From NCBI GenBank assembly GCA_030148065.1, contig JASBUC010000042.1:1-44030 (forward strand): a DNA stretch of 44,030 nucleotides. The letters are read 5' to 3'. Below, in pieces: positions 8,238 to 19,019 of this stretch (its first letter is position 1; every line of letters begins with the position of its first letter). The stretch comes from Legionellaceae bacterium (GTDB lineage: Bacteria > Pseudomonadota > Gammaproteobacteria > Legionellales > Legionellaceae). The notes under the pieces were generated by a model. It was not told the DNA's origin, ran no database searches, and was given only the letters and a program-made list of their open reading frames with translations. Made by a program: the position numbers and the translations under genes.

Positions 8238-9074
8238 TTATCCTCGACGTTTCAACCGCTCGTAAGCGGCTTGGATCTCTTGTGCTTTTTTGGTGGCTTG
8301 CTTGATTGCTTTTGGGCTTGCGTTTTGGGCAATGAGGCGGTCTGGGTGGTATTGCCCCATTTTCTTGCGATAAGCCCTTTTTAAGACAGCAGGGCTTGCC
8401 TCAGGACCAACACCGAGCAATTGATAATCATCAGGTGCCTCATCATTTAAGATGTCATTGAGGGTTTGATGCTGTTTGTAAGTATTATCAAAGCGGTGCT
8501 CATAATGACTCTCTGCATCATGGCGAAAATAGGGCTTAAACCCAAGGCGGGTGAAAATAAGGTTAAGAGCGGCCTTTTTGTCATTTGGCAAAGGCGACAG
8601 TACCGCCATTTGAAAGCATGTTTCAACAAACAGCTGCAAAAGAGGCGGTTTTTCACGAAATTGGATGAGAATGGTTGTCAACAGTGAGTAGAGGTCAAAA
8701 TTGGTCTTTTTACCTTCTTTAAAGCTTGCTCTGGCATGAAATTTCTCTCGAGCACTCAGCTTTAGCTGTTTCATGATGAAGCTTGCAAACTCTATCTCTT
8801 TTTTAGAAACTTGCCCATCAAGCTTGGCAAGGTGCCCTAAAGTCTGAAACAAGGCGCCAGTGTAGACTGTGCGTCGTGATGGCGGCTCTTTTTTAAAGTC
8901 TGACACGTGGGGGTTTATTAAATGAGAGGCAAGCCCTCGGTCAAAGACATTACCAATTAAAATGCCAAATAAGGCGCCAATGGGGCCAGCAATTAAAAAG
9001 CCAAAAAGGCCGCCCAACACCTTGCCCCACCATTGGTTACTTAAAAAGCTCTTTCTTAACTCTTCTGGGTTCAT
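8238..9074 (-). CDS. djlA: co-chaperone DjlA (N-terminal TM, TerB-like middle, C-terminal J domain)
   Basis: N-terminal WWGKVLGGLFGFLIAGPIGALFGILIG TM segment. C-terminal J domain YQLLGV...YRKKMGQYHPDR...AQEIQAAYERLK. 278 aa, similar in size to E. coli DjlA. Confidence 0.8.
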   Translation of the reverse strand: MNPEELRKSFLSNQWWGKVLGGLFGFLIAGPIGALFGILIGNVFDRGLASHLINPHVSDFKKEPPSRRTVYTGALFQTLGHLAKLDGQVSKKEIEFASFIMKQLKLSAREKFHARASFKEGKKTNFDLYSLLTTILIQFREKPPLLQLFVETCFQMAVLSPLPNDKKAALNLIFTRLGFKPYFRHDAESHYEHRFDNTYKQHQTLNDILNDEAPDDYQLLGVGPEASPAVLKRAYRKKMGQYHPDRLIAQNASPKAIKQATKKAQEIQAAYERLKRRG

Positions 9075-9220
9075 AGGATCTTTTCGTTATAGGTCAAGGC
9101 ATTATGAGGTATGACGAGTATAAATTATTTCATTATTCTCGAGTAGACCCTAAGACCAAGCGAAGTGCCTTAATTCTAAACGATGTGCTACAATTTTTAT
9201 AGATATAAAAAGGGACTTTT

Positions 9221-10261
9221 ATGAACAAGTGTCAAATTTTGGCGGCTGCCTTGTGTGTGTACTGTCAGGCGGCGTTTGCACAAACACTGCCTGAAATTAG
9301 TATTACGGCAACCCAAGCTCATTATCAAACACATCAAACTCGAGTCTCCTTAATTGGGTTCATAAAAGGCAAGGAGCTTTCGGTAATTCAAGCAAAAGCC
9401 TCAGGTCAAGTCGATGAAATTAAAGCATTTGTCGGGGATAAGGTCAAAAAAGGGGCCCTTCTTTTATCACTGAAAGAAACCGATGAAAAAATCAAATTAG
9501 AGGTGGCAAGATCCAGCTTTGCCAAAGCAGAAGCCGCTTTTGAGTTAGAGGCGCTCAATTATCAACGTGCAAAAGCGCTTTATCAATCTAAAGCCATTTC
9601 ATTGAGTAAATTTCAACTACAAAAGCTAAACTTTCAGACCATGAAGTCTGATTTAAAAGCCGCTGAGGTTAATCTAAAACTTGCAAAATTGAAACTGGCA
9701 GCAACACAAGTGCGTTCACCAATTGATGGGGTTGTCTTTGAGCGAAAAGTCCATGCCCACAGCCTTGTTGCCCCAGGGGATCCGCTTTATATTATGTCAT
9801 CGCCTAATAATTTACGGGCGGTTATTCCAGTGCCGATGAAACTCGTTGCAAACGTCAAAGAGGTGCAACTGGTACGCTTGGAAAACACCATCAATGGAAA
9901 AAAAATAAATGGCACAATTGTTGGCTCTTCACCCATTATTAACCAACAAACTCACAGCGCAGACTTCTATGTAGACTTTGAAAACTTGGCAGGGTTTCTG
10001 CCTGGGCAAACAGTCATTGCAAGCCTTGTGGTTAAAGAGGAACAGGCAGTCGCACTACCCCAGCAAGCAATTGTCTATAAGCAAGGTTATCCAGAAATAT
10101 ATGTGATTACGAATCAAAAAGCAGAAGGAGTGAGAGTTGATGTTTCCCTAGATAAAAAGGGATTAATGTGGGTGACTGGTAAGATTCAAGAGGGAGCATT
10201 GATTGCGGTGCGAGGGGCTGTAAATCTGTATAACGGTGTAACGGTTCGGGTAGAAGAGTAA
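9221..10261 (+). CDS. RND efflux periplasmic adaptor (membrane fusion protein, HlyD/AcrA family)
   Basis: Signal peptide, coiled-coil hairpin region, and the lipoyl/beta-barrel motif VRSPIDGVVFERKVHAHSLVAPGDPLYIM. First gene of a three-gene operon; stop and next start are 3 nt apart. Confidence 0.8.
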   Translation: MNKCQILAAALCVYCQAAFAQTLPEISITATQAHYQTHQTRVSLIGFIKGKELSVIQAKASGQVDEIKAFVGDKVKKGALLLSLKETDEKIKLEVARSSFAKAEAAFELEALNYQRAKALYQSKAISLSKFQLQKLNFQTMKSDLKAAEVNLKLAKLKLAATQVRSPIDGVVFERKVHAHSLVAPGDPLYIMSSPNNLRAVIPVPMKLVANVKEVQLVRLENTINGKKINGTIVGSSPIINQQTHSADFYVDFENLAGFLPGQTVIASLVVKEEQAVALPQQAIVYKQGYPEIYVITNQKAEGVRVDVSLDKKGLMWVTGKIQEGALIAVRGAVNLYNGVTVRVEE

Positions 10262-10264
10262 GCC

Positions 10265-13200
10265 ATGACCTTGACAGAATTTTCATTTAAAAAACCAGTA
10301 CTAATTGTCTCAATGGCGTGTCTATTACTCATTTTAGGAATCAGCACCTACCCATCCTTACCAAGTCAGATGCTACCAAATATTCCAATCCCCATTTTCT
10401 ACATTGAAACGAAAGATGCAGGTCTTGATGCAAGCAGTGTGCATGAAAAAATTAGTTTGCCACTTGAGAGAGCGTTTCATGGACTAGAAGGGCTCAACTA
10501 TACCGAGAGTGAGTCTTATACAGGCCTTTCGACTGTCCTGGTTATGTTTAAGGTTGGCACTAACGTTAATCAGGCATACGAAGATGTAGAGCGAAAATTA
10601 AATGCCGCCATCGGTGAGCTTCCTGCTAAGGCCTCAAAACCCGTGCTAAGACACAGCGGCATTTCAGATTTTCCTATCGTTTGGGTGTTGGTTGAAACGC
10701 AACATGGCTCCTTTATGAAAGGAAATGAGCAGCTAATTAAATCACTAGAAGAGGATCTTGAAGCGCTGCCTGGAGTTGCCGACATAAAAACCAGTGGCAA
10801 AATTCCCCAAAAAATCATCGTTTCTTTAAATCAGAAAAAAATGTCTTCGATGGGGATCCCAATGTCCTTAATCTATCAAGCCTTTCAAACAAACAATGTT
10901 GTAATTCCAGGAGGCAACATTGACTTTAATGAAAAAAGTTATGCGCTGTCTCTTGATTTAGAACTAAAAAGTCTCAGTGAAATAAAAAATCTAATAGTAA
11001 CGTACCGTGATAATAAACCCATTTATTTATCTCAGATTGCGAAAGTTAAAACTCAAGAATCTCCAGGTAACGCGCAAGCTTTTTATAATGGACAAAACGT
11101 GGTTGCTATGTCTGTCACTCGAATGTCAAATGCGAACACTTTAGAGGTCATTAGCCGGGTTAATTCACACATTGCTAAAGCACAAGAGAGCGCGCCTGAT
11201 GGGATAAAAATCAGCACTCGCTTAAGTAAAGAGGGTAGCATTAATGAGAGTGCAGATAGTTTAAGGTCTGCCGCAATCGTCGCACTTTTTTTTGCAGCAT
11301 TGGTACTTTATCTCTTTCTAGGCAGTTTGCGATTATCAGCGATTATCATGGTAATTGTGCCCATGTCTTTATTGACGGCACTCTTCGCTATGGGGCTTTT
11401 CGGGCTTAGCTTTAACGTTTTGTCTTACTTAAGTTTGATTTTATTAATTGGCATTGTGGTTGATGATGCAATCATTGTCATAGAAAACTATATGCAGGGG
11501 CTGAAAACTGAGGAAAAACATTCAAGATTATTGACCATTGCAACGAGTAATAAAATAGCGCCATCAATTTTTGCTTACAGTGTTACCTTATGCATTATTT
11601 TCGTCTCAGCTCTCTTTGTTGATGGGATGGTAAAACTTTTTTTTAGAGAAATGTCAATCATCATCGTCTCAGGTGTCGTTGCCTCTTCACTCATTGCGTT
11701 GTCCATCACGCCATTATTGTGTGATAGGTATTTACAAAAAATTCCTGATAAGAATTATTTAACCAAAGTTTTTATGGAGATGTTAGAGCGATGCAAAGCT
11801 TATTATCTACTATCATTGGTGGTTGCTTGCCGGCATAGGAAGAAGCTCTGTAGTATTTTTATTTTGATGCTTGTACCCCTAGCTTCTGTATTGCCGAAGA
11901 CCAACCAGAATCTATTCCCCCCAGGTGTAAACCATGACAAACTGATTGTGCATGTAAGCAGTGCTGCCATCATTCCCTCAAAAGCCTTTATCGATCTATT
12001 GTTGAAAGCAGATGGCGTAGTGAAGGCCAATATTGATGTGTCTAAAACCATTGCGGTGAGTGACCGAATCAATGCTAATAAAGCTAAAATCTATGTACTC
12101 TTAAAACCATCTGAACAACGAAAGAAGTCCTCATCCATCCTCTTAAAGGAGCTAGAGGCAAGCCTGCAAACGATTCCTGGCTTATTTAGTTATGTTTCTA
12201 ACCCTCCCATGCTCTCTGGCAACCCTCAACCTTTAGATATTGTCATTACAGGAAAAAATTATCGAGACTTATTGCTGCTTAACAACCGATTAACACCAAT
12301 TCTTTTAGAAAATAAAGATCTCTTTGGTAAGGTCTCATCCATGAATCCGCCATTGCAAGCAACCTACAAGTTAGTGGTTGATCGCTACGCGGCTGCGCAA
12401 GTGGGTTTAAATGCTAAGCAAATTGCAGAAGCCGTTTCTTTATACAGTGGTCAAATTCTAGTAGGAAAGACAGAGCTCGATGAGAATGGGCTAGATTATG
12501 ATATTTACCTCTACCCCCAAGAAGACATTCTAAAAACGCCGGCAGACATTAATAGCATTTATTTATACAACCAAAAAGGTGATGCCATTAATTTAAGTAC
12601 GGTTGCGCGCCTTGAAATTGTGGCACGACCGACAACAATTTTTAGTCATAATGCTAAAACTGCGCTTGAGTACTATTCAACGCCTACGGTGTCTTTAGGA
12701 GAAGCCATCAAGTCTTTTGTTGAAAAAATAACACCAAGCCTAGACAGTGAGCAAGAAATCTTAGCCTTGGGGGAGTTTAAGATGATGCAGCAGTCTCTAA
12801 ATAGTCTATCGTTTGCAGTATTGATTGCCATTTTCTTAATTTATATCGCACTTTGTTCGCAATTTAACTCCTTTTCTCAACCCCTAATTCTATTCATTTC
12901 ACAACCGGTAGCCATCGCGTTAGTTATCTATGTTTTGTATGTCACCGGCATAGGGTTTAATTTATTCTCAATTATTGGTTTATTCCTATTAATTGGTATT
13001 AAAACAAAGAACTTTATCTTATTAATTAGTGCAATGAATCAGCATTTTGAAAAGAGCAACGATGCCGTTCTTTCAGCCATTGAAGCCTGTCGTGTTCGTT
13101 TCACACCAATTATTATGACCTCGTTAATCATTTTTCTTTCCATGCTGCCAACCCTATTTACAGGGGGGGAACAACATGCAAATAATGTCTCAATGGGATT

Positions 13201-13291
13201 GACTATTGTTGCTGGAATTTTATCATCAACAGTGTTAAGCCTGTATTTTATTCCCATTTGTTACATTATTTTCAAAGGTAAGCATGGTTAA
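10265..13291 (+). CDS. RND family efflux permease (AcrB/AcrD-like inner-membrane transporter)
   Basis: 1008 aa with 12-TM topology and two large periplasmic loops. Conserved RND TM4 region (LIGIVVDDAIIVIEN). Confidence 0.85.
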   Translation: MTLTEFSFKKPVLIVSMACLLLILGISTYPSLPSQMLPNIPIPIFYIETKDAGLDASSVHEKISLPLERAFHGLEGLNYTESESYTGLSTVLVMFKVGTNVNQAYEDVERKLNAAIGELPAKASKPVLRHSGISDFPIVWVLVETQHGSFMKGNEQLIKSLEEDLEALPGVADIKTSGKIPQKIIVSLNQKKMSSMGIPMSLIYQAFQTNNVVIPGGNIDFNEKSYALSLDLELKSLSEIKNLIVTYRDNKPIYLSQIAKVKTQESPGNAQAFYNGQNVVAMSVTRMSNANTLEVISRVNSHIAKAQESAPDGIKISTRLSKEGSINESADSLRSAAIVALFFAALVLYLFLGSLRLSAIIMVIVPMSLLTALFAMGLFGLSFNVLSYLSLILLIGIVVDDAIIVIENYMQGLKTEEKHSRLLTIATSNKIAPSIFAYSVTLCIIFVSALFVDGMVKLFFREMSIIIVSGVVASSLIALSITPLLCDRYLQKIPDKNYLTKVFMEMLERCKAYYLLSLVVACRHRKKLCSIFILMLVPLASVLPKTNQNLFPPGVNHDKLIVHVSSAAIIPSKAFIDLLLKADGVVKANIDVSKTIAVSDRINANKAKIYVLLKPSEQRKKSSSILLKELEASLQTIPGLFSYVSNPPMLSGNPQPLDIVITGKNYRDLLLLNNRLTPILLENKDLFGKVSSMNPPLQATYKLVVDRYAAAQVGLNAKQIAEAVSLYSGQILVGKTELDENGLDYDIYLYPQEDILKTPADINSIYLYNQKGDAINLSTVARLEIVARPTTIFSHNAKTALEYYSTPTVSLGEAIKSFVEKITPSLDSEQEILALGEFKMMQQSLNSLSFAVLIAIFLIYIALCSQFNSFSQPLILFISQPVAIALVIYVLYVTGIGFNLFSIIGLFLLIGIKTKNFILLISAMNQHFEKSNDAVLSAIEACRVRFTPIIMTSLIIFLSMLPTLFTGGEQHANNVSMGLTIVAGILSSTVLSLYFIPICYIIFKGKHG

Positions 13292-14654
13292 AAGGATTTT
13301 AAAACAGTTACAAGCGCTGCTGATGATGGGCTGTGCCGTTTCTGCTTATGCAGCGGATTTGGTTGATTTTGTTCAAATGGGTTTGCAAAATAATCTGCTT
13401 CTACAATCAGAACAAGAGAAGAAAATAGCTGAGCAGGCTCATGCTAATGAGGAGCAGAGCAAGTGGCTGCCGCAAATAGGGTTGGTAGCTTCCCTCTCAA
13501 GATTTAATTTCAAAGCCGACGACAGCGAAATAGATCACAATTCTCGAGCGCAAGGAGACATTGTTAGCCTATTGATGGAACAAAAAATAATTGACTTTTC
13601 ATCTTACCAGGCCTTGATTGCGTCTAATATGCAATCGGTGTTGGCTGACATTGTCTACCAACTCCAAACAGAAAAGACGGTCAAGGAAATAGCAAACTTG
13701 TATTTTACGACGCTCACCGCCTATGATGCATTAAAATCGGCCAAACAGTTTCGAACTTTGACCGAGCAAACTTTGTCAATTGCCGAGAAAAACTATCAAC
13801 TAAAGCTGATTACTGAAGATCAGGTTGCCATTGCCAGAGCACAGACAGAGTTTGCGCTTTCAAAAGTTATGGAAGCGAAACAAGCGTATCAACACAGCCT
13901 TTCTTATTTGCAGCAACTCTCGCAATCAACTGTAAGCCATTTATCGTTTTTGCGTCATGATGTTTTGCTGCATCTGCCAAAACCACACTCCAAAAAGTAC
14001 TGGGTACAGCTTTCACAAAAGGCCAACCCACAACTAAGAGGGGCGGCTTTAAACGTCAAAATTGCTAAAGCTCAGTTTGAGCAAGCCTGGTACCATCACT
14101 TTCCAACCCTTAGTGCGTATGCAGGTCTTGCCGAGGGACGAAACATTTCAGGCCCAGGCTTTCTTGCCATGGAAGTCTCACGATTTGTACAAGCAAGTGG
14201 CAATGACCTTCATTACAGAGGAGGCAGCTTTGGTTTAGAAGCAAAGCTGCCTATTTTTGCAGGGGGAGCGATTAGCTTAGAGGCTAAACGTTATGCTCAT
14301 TTATACAAACAAGCCTTACTGCGTTACCAGGACCTTCAGCAAAAAATTGCCCTGGACATTGATACTCATTATGACAAGGTCATACTCTCACGAGAGAAAA
14401 TTGCCATAGCCCGCACACGAGTGCAGGCAGACAAACAAGCGCTTCGCATTCAAAAACTTAAATTGCACCAAGGAGAAAATACCCTGCTTAATTATTCAGA
14501 TTCTGAGAATCGACTCTTTAAGAGTGAGAGTCAATACAATCAAGCCCGCCATCAATACGTGAAAAACTACATCGATTTATACCATCAGGCAGGAACGCTT
14601 AATCTAGAGAGCATACGAGTCATTAACCATTGGTTGGCAACAGACTCAAAATAG
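13284..14654 (+). CDS. outer-membrane efflux protein (TolC/OprM family)
   Basis: Start overlaps the RND stop (ATGGTTAA). Signal peptide MVKRILKQLQALLMMGCAVSAYA. Two-fold internal repeat with coiled-coil character. 456 aa. Confidence 0.75.
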   Translation: MVKRILKQLQALLMMGCAVSAYAADLVDFVQMGLQNNLLLQSEQEKKIAEQAHANEEQSKWLPQIGLVASLSRFNFKADDSEIDHNSRAQGDIVSLLMEQKIIDFSSYQALIASNMQSVLADIVYQLQTEKTVKEIANLYFTTLTAYDALKSAKQFRTLTEQTLSIAEKNYQLKLITEDQVAIARAQTEFALSKVMEAKQAYQHSLSYLQQLSQSTVSHLSFLRHDVLLHLPKPHSKKYWVQLSQKANPQLRGAALNVKIAKAQFEQAWYHHFPTLSAYAGLAEGRNISGPGFLAMEVSRFVQASGNDLHYRGGSFGLEAKLPIFAGGAISLEAKRYAHLYKQALLRYQDLQQKIALDIDTHYDKVILSREKIAIARTRVQADKQALRIQKLKLHQGENTLLNYSDSENRLFKSESQYNQARHQYVKNYIDLYHQAGTLNLESIRVINHWLATDSK

Positions 14655-14756
14655 CCTCTCTTTTGACTTAATTTCCAAAAAACTGGTTGCAAATTGGACA
14701 CACTGTGTGGTATGGTTGCGCAATTAGTTCAATCACAACCCTCGGTGTCTTTGATC

Positions 14757-17700
14757 ATGAGTTCGAATGTACCCCTCACTATCAGCTATCAAGAAGCTAA
14801 AAACTGCATTAATGAGCGCAATCCTGAAGAGTTATTACCCTATGCAGAGCAAAACATGGCTCACCTCAGTGGGCTTTTTAAATATGCCTTAGATCAAAAA
14901 TCTTATGCATGTGCCGGGGCTTTGGTAAGTCTAGTTGGGGTTGCCGCATTTAAAAATCTAGAAGCCAATCAGTACCTGCAAGAGGCCTTTATTCAAGAGG
15001 CGACACGAGGTGATTGTGAGGCTTGCAAGGCTCTACAAAACATCGTAGTTGGCCTTAAACTCGTTTCTGAGACAACTTTAACCACCGCTCTTATTCAAGC
15101 AGCAGGCCTTCGAAAAGAGGGCATGGTTGATTACCTTTTAGGGCAGGGAGTGTCCGTTAATAGTCAAGACCTTCAAGGCCGATACGCTATTTCTGAAGTC
15201 ATACAACAATTTCTAGAGATGGAAGCATCATTGGCTAACCCTCAATTAAGCGCAAGTTTGAGAACAAGTTTTCAGAAAAAGCGAGAAGACTTCATACAGT
15301 TAATCAATAAATTTGTGGCTCGAGGGGCAAAACTAGAGCTTACTGATACTCAAGGTAAAAAAATTATTGAGCGTGCGGCAGAGAGTGGTCATCTTGAGCT
15401 ATTAAATCTTTTAAAGCCAGAATTAAGTGATTTAAGAAAGAAACTTATCTGGGTTGCCGGGCAAGGGTTTAATCAATGGTTACAAGCCTTAATTACTCTT
15501 AATCAAGCAGAAGCCGCAAGCGAGGATCCGACATTACTTTTGAGTGAAGCCTTAACGGCCGCTGTAAATAAGCAACAGCAAGAGAGCGTTATACTCCTTT
15601 TAATGTTAGGGGCAAACCCGGTGCTGTCAGTGGGTGAGACGCCCTCTGCTTTTAGCTTAGCGCTTAATCTTGGTGAAAAATCCATCATACGAGAGTTATT
15701 TGAATATTTGTATCAAAGAGGATTGCCGCTTCCAAGTGAAGGCTTAAGCGCAAGTGGCAAGAGCTTACTCGAGCAGTATAAAAAAGATTATCAAGATGAG
15801 CACCCGCTCATCATGCTTGCCAAAGGCCAAGGCAGTGGCGAAGTTAGCCAATTGATAGCCAATGGCATAGAAGTAGATGCCAGCGATAAGGAGGGGAAAA
15901 CCGCTCTCTACTATGCGGTCTACCACGATAAACTCAATCTAATTGAAGAGCTTTTAAAAGCCGGCGCCGATGTTAATAAAAAGCAAGGCAGTAACCAAAG
16001 TCCTCTTGAGCTTGCCGTGGTTAAATATGCCACCAATGGCGAGAGTGGTCTTGGTGAGAGCTTTTTTGCCTTGGCAGAAAGTGCCAATGAGCGATCGGTC
16101 CACGCGTTATTAAATTACCCTCAAGCCATTCAATATCTACTCTGCAAAGGCCTGCCTTTGCCAATGACTGATGGAAAAATTGTTGATGAGGTTTTTGATA
16201 ATGAGGCGGTTTCTTTAGAAATTTATCGCCACTGTCAACAAAATGGCCCAGGCTTTCATCAAGAGATTCTAGGCACGAAGGGCCGCAACTTTCTGGCTAA
16301 TATTACGAATAAGTCGCATAGACTTTTTCAGCACAATCTGAAGAGCGCTTTGCAAGAAGCTGTAAACGTCAATGATTTTGAAACCGTACAAATGTTAGTT
16401 GAAGTTAAAGGCTTTAGTTTAAAAACGATTAATTCATTTGGTAGTGGTGCACTGCATTGGGTTGCAAGTGCTGAGGGCGATGTCACACCCTTAATTGAAT
16501 ACTTACTGTTAAAAGGTTTAACGATTGATGTGACCGATGTCGGTGGTCATACCCCTTTGCATAGTGCTGCTGGAGAAGGCAGTCTGCAAATGGCAAAGCT
16601 ATTAATTGCCAAGGGCGTAAGTCTTAGTGCTAAGAATAAGGCTGGGTTAAATGCTTATGACGGTGCCGTGATTCATGGCCACATCGAACTTGCAAAAGTA
16701 ATTTACAGTGAGATGAAAAAAAGAGGCATTGAATCTAATGCAAGCAATTATGATTCTGCGGCTCAAGCAAGACATCGAACGGTGCTGGCAGAAACAGCCA
16801 ATGTTGAACCAGAGATTGTTGCTTTTCTTCGACAAGAAGGGGAGTTTTCAGACGAAGACAAGCAACAAGCGCTTACCGACTACCTTGCTAAAGGTGGGTT
16901 GATTGATGCTAAGGGCTTAAACGGTGAGACGGCTCTAATGTTGGCGGTTAAAAATAATGATTTAACTTTAGTGCGGCTTTTAATCGCAAAAGATGCCTCT
17001 CTCAATCTAGAAAACAGTGAAAACTTAAATGCTTGTCATCTTGCCATTAAACTCGGGTTTAAAGACATTGCCTATACCTTAATCGATAGAGAATCTGAAA
17101 AAGAAAATAAAACGCTACTCTACTATGATGCCGTTGAAGCCATCAAAGAAAACCAAGTAGAGATCCTAGATAATATTCTGAGTCAGCCAGGGTTTGATCT
17201 TAACCATCGGTTTGGTGGACTAAATCATTGTGGTTGGACGCTTACAAGCTTTGCCGCAAGCAGCGGAAACCTCGAAATATTAAAGAAATTAAAAGCGCAT
17301 GGTGCTAACTTACATCCTGACTTCGGATCAGATGGCTACATGCCAATTCATCTTGCAGGCAAAGAAGGCCATAAGGTACGCGACGCAGAACTAAAAGAAC
17401 CCTACTTAGACTGCATTAAATATTTAATATTAAACACAAATGCCTCAGTCCCCTTCGCTAGAGCTCAGGATAGTAGTTGTTATCTATTAATCAAAGAGGT
17501 CTCAGATGCTCTTTCCCTAGAATTAAAAAAGGCGGTTTTAGCAAATGATGAAAACAGAGTCAAAGAACTGTTAGAGCAAGGTGTACCCGTTGATGGTAAA
17601 GATGAACAAGGAAAGACGGCATTAATCTTAGCTGTTGAAGAAGATAAAGAAGGACTCATCTCGCTGCTATTAGCTCATGGGGCAAATCCTAATCAACGAG

Positions 17701-19019
17701 CTAAGAACGGTCTGAAAACACCGTTGATGATTGCTACAGAGACTGGCAAGACGAGAGCCTGGAGTGCCTTAATGAGAGCTCATAATGAGGCCAAAGATAA
17801 AAATAACCAAGCAGGTATGATTGACTTTAATCTTAAAGACCAACTTGGCGATACAGTGCTCCATTATACGATGAAAGCAGGCAAGATCGATTGGGTTGAA
17901 TTCTTCATAAAGAAATTTGGTCTTAATATTGATAGCAAAGGGCAGGGCTCGAAAACACTCTTGCACCTTTGTGGTGATAACCTACAGCACGTAAACAGGC
18001 TTCTCTGTCTAGGAGCAAACGCAGCACTTCAAAATGGCCAATATCAATCAGCCATCGCAGCAGCAGACGCGGCCGGTTACAAAGAAGTTGTTGAGCTCTA
18101 TGCCTATAACGTTGTGCGTTTTGGATTGAGCTTTGATGTCATCGGTAACAGGGCCCTCAGACGATATGAATTTGAGCAAACAGTAATAAGCGTTAATAAG
18201 TTTAGGCGTTCTTGCTTACGTGCTTACTTAAACGGCTGTCAAACCTGTGATGAGCTTGCAAGCTATTCCTATGGTTCTAGTAACCTCTTTCCAGCGATAA
18301 AATCACTCATCTTTACAGAGATGAAGGCGTTATTTGAAAAAGCAATGGTTGACCCTAGTTGTTCATCATTTAATGCTCGATTAAAGCAAACAAGCAATAA
18401 CCTTGAAAGAAGCACGACAGATATCGTTTTAGTGAACGAGTTGAGTCAACTAGAACATAACATTCGCACAAAATTCATGACGGATTACAGATCACAAAAA
18501 GACGTGTTGCTATCTTCTCAAACAAGAGGTCTTCAGTATTTTGTCCCGGTTGCAAACCCCGTGTCTGCACAAGACAAGGAGAAAAAAGAGTTGTTAGCTA
18601 AAATTTTAAGAGCTAGGTTTAAGCTTGATTTTTCAAAAGAAGAACATCGTGAACACTGGAAGCTAAAACATGTATTGGGTGTGAATTTGCGTGGTACTAA
18701 GTATTCGATGGCAAGCTATTATGTCCAAAGCTCAAATGAGACCCTTTTAATTTATAAAGAAGCACAACAGGTGGCAATGCTGCTTGATCGATACAAGAAT
18801 AAGGGAAGTTTTCAAGAGCTGCAAATAGCGCTAAATTGCATAGCCAGCGAAAGTCAGCAACGCAATGAAAACAATCCCAGTGCAAAATTAACACCCCTGG
18901 TTGAAAATCTTGCAGAAATTCATGCTGGAACGATTGAGCAATATGTGAAGTATAACGGCGCTTTACCGCTGGAGTTGCAAAACGAGGTGATGGACTATGG
19001 TTTTCGTCACAATTCATAA
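14757..19019 (+). CDS. giant ankyrin-repeat protein (about 1420-1441 aa). Eukaryote-like, probable Dot/Icm substrate. The C-terminal ~400 aa has no recognisable domain.
   Basis: Many ANK units (e.g. GKTALYYAVYHDKLNLIEELLKAGADVN, GHTPLHSAAGEGSLQMAKLLIAKGVSL, GETALMLAVKNNDLTLVRLLIAKDASLN, GKTALILAVEEDKEGLISLLLAHGANPN). The ORF is open from TTG at 14694, with ATGs at 14712 and 14757. A candidate -35/-10 (TTGCAA at 14689, TATGGT at 14712) favours 14757. Confidence 0.85.
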   Translation: MSSNVPLTISYQEAKNCINERNPEELLPYAEQNMAHLSGLFKYALDQKSYACAGALVSLVGVAAFKNLEANQYLQEAFIQEATRGDCEACKALQNIVVGLKLVSETTLTTALIQAAGLRKEGMVDYLLGQGVSVNSQDLQGRYAISEVIQQFLEMEASLANPQLSASLRTSFQKKREDFIQLINKFVARGAKLELTDTQGKKIIERAAESGHLELLNLLKPELSDLRKKLIWVAGQGFNQWLQALITLNQAEAASEDPTLLLSEALTAAVNKQQQESVILLLMLGANPVLSVGETPSAFSLALNLGEKSIIRELFEYLYQRGLPLPSEGLSASGKSLLEQYKKDYQDEHPLIMLAKGQGSGEVSQLIANGIEVDASDKEGKTALYYAVYHDKLNLIEELLKAGADVNKKQGSNQSPLELAVVKYATNGESGLGESFFALAESANERSVHALLNYPQAIQYLLCKGLPLPMTDGKIVDEVFDNEAVSLEIYRHCQQNGPGFHQEILGTKGRNFLANITNKSHRLFQHNLKSALQEAVNVNDFETVQMLVEVKGFSLKTINSFGSGALHWVASAEGDVTPLIEYLLLKGLTIDVTDVGGHTPLHSAAGEGSLQMAKLLIAKGVSLSAKNKAGLNAYDGAVIHGHIELAKVIYSEMKKRGIESNASNYDSAAQARHRTVLAETANVEPEIVAFLRQEGEFSDEDKQQALTDYLAKGGLIDAKGLNGETALMLAVKNNDLTLVRLLIAKDASLNLENSENLNACHLAIKLGFKDIAYTLIDRESEKENKTLLYYDAVEAIKENQVEILDNILSQPGFDLNHRFGGLNHCGWTLTSFAASSGNLEILKKLKAHGANLHPDFGSDGYMPIHLAGKEGHKVRDAELKEPYLDCIKYLILNTNASVPFARAQDSSCYLLIKEVSDALSLELKKAVLANDENRVKELLEQGVPVDGKDEQGKTALILAVEEDKEGLISLLLAHGANPNQRAKNGLKTPLMIATETGKTRAWSALMRAHNEAKDKNNQAGMIDFNLKDQLGDTVLHYTMKAGKIDWVEFFIKKFGLNIDSKGQGSKTLLHLCGDNLQHVNRLLCLGANAALQNGQYQSAIAAADAAGYKEVVELYAYNVVRFGLSFDVIGNRALRRYEFEQTVISVNKFRRSCLRAYLNGCQTCDELASYSYGSSNLFPAIKSLIFTEMKALFEKAMVDPSCSSFNARLKQTSNNLERSTTDIVLVNELSQLEHNIRTKFMTDYRSQKDVLLSSQTRGLQYFVPVANPVSAQDKEKKELLAKILRARFKLDFSKEEHREHWKLKHVLGVNLRGTKYSMASYYVQSSNETLLIYKEAQQVAMLLDRYKNKGSFQELQIALNCIASESQQRNENNPSAKLTPLVENLAEIHAGTIEQYVKYNGALPLELQNEVMDYGFRHNS

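Noticed and set aside
10570..13257. Minus-strand ORFs (82, 89, 72 aa) inside the RND permease gene
   Set aside because: Antisense to a 1008-aa transporter with intact RND motifs.
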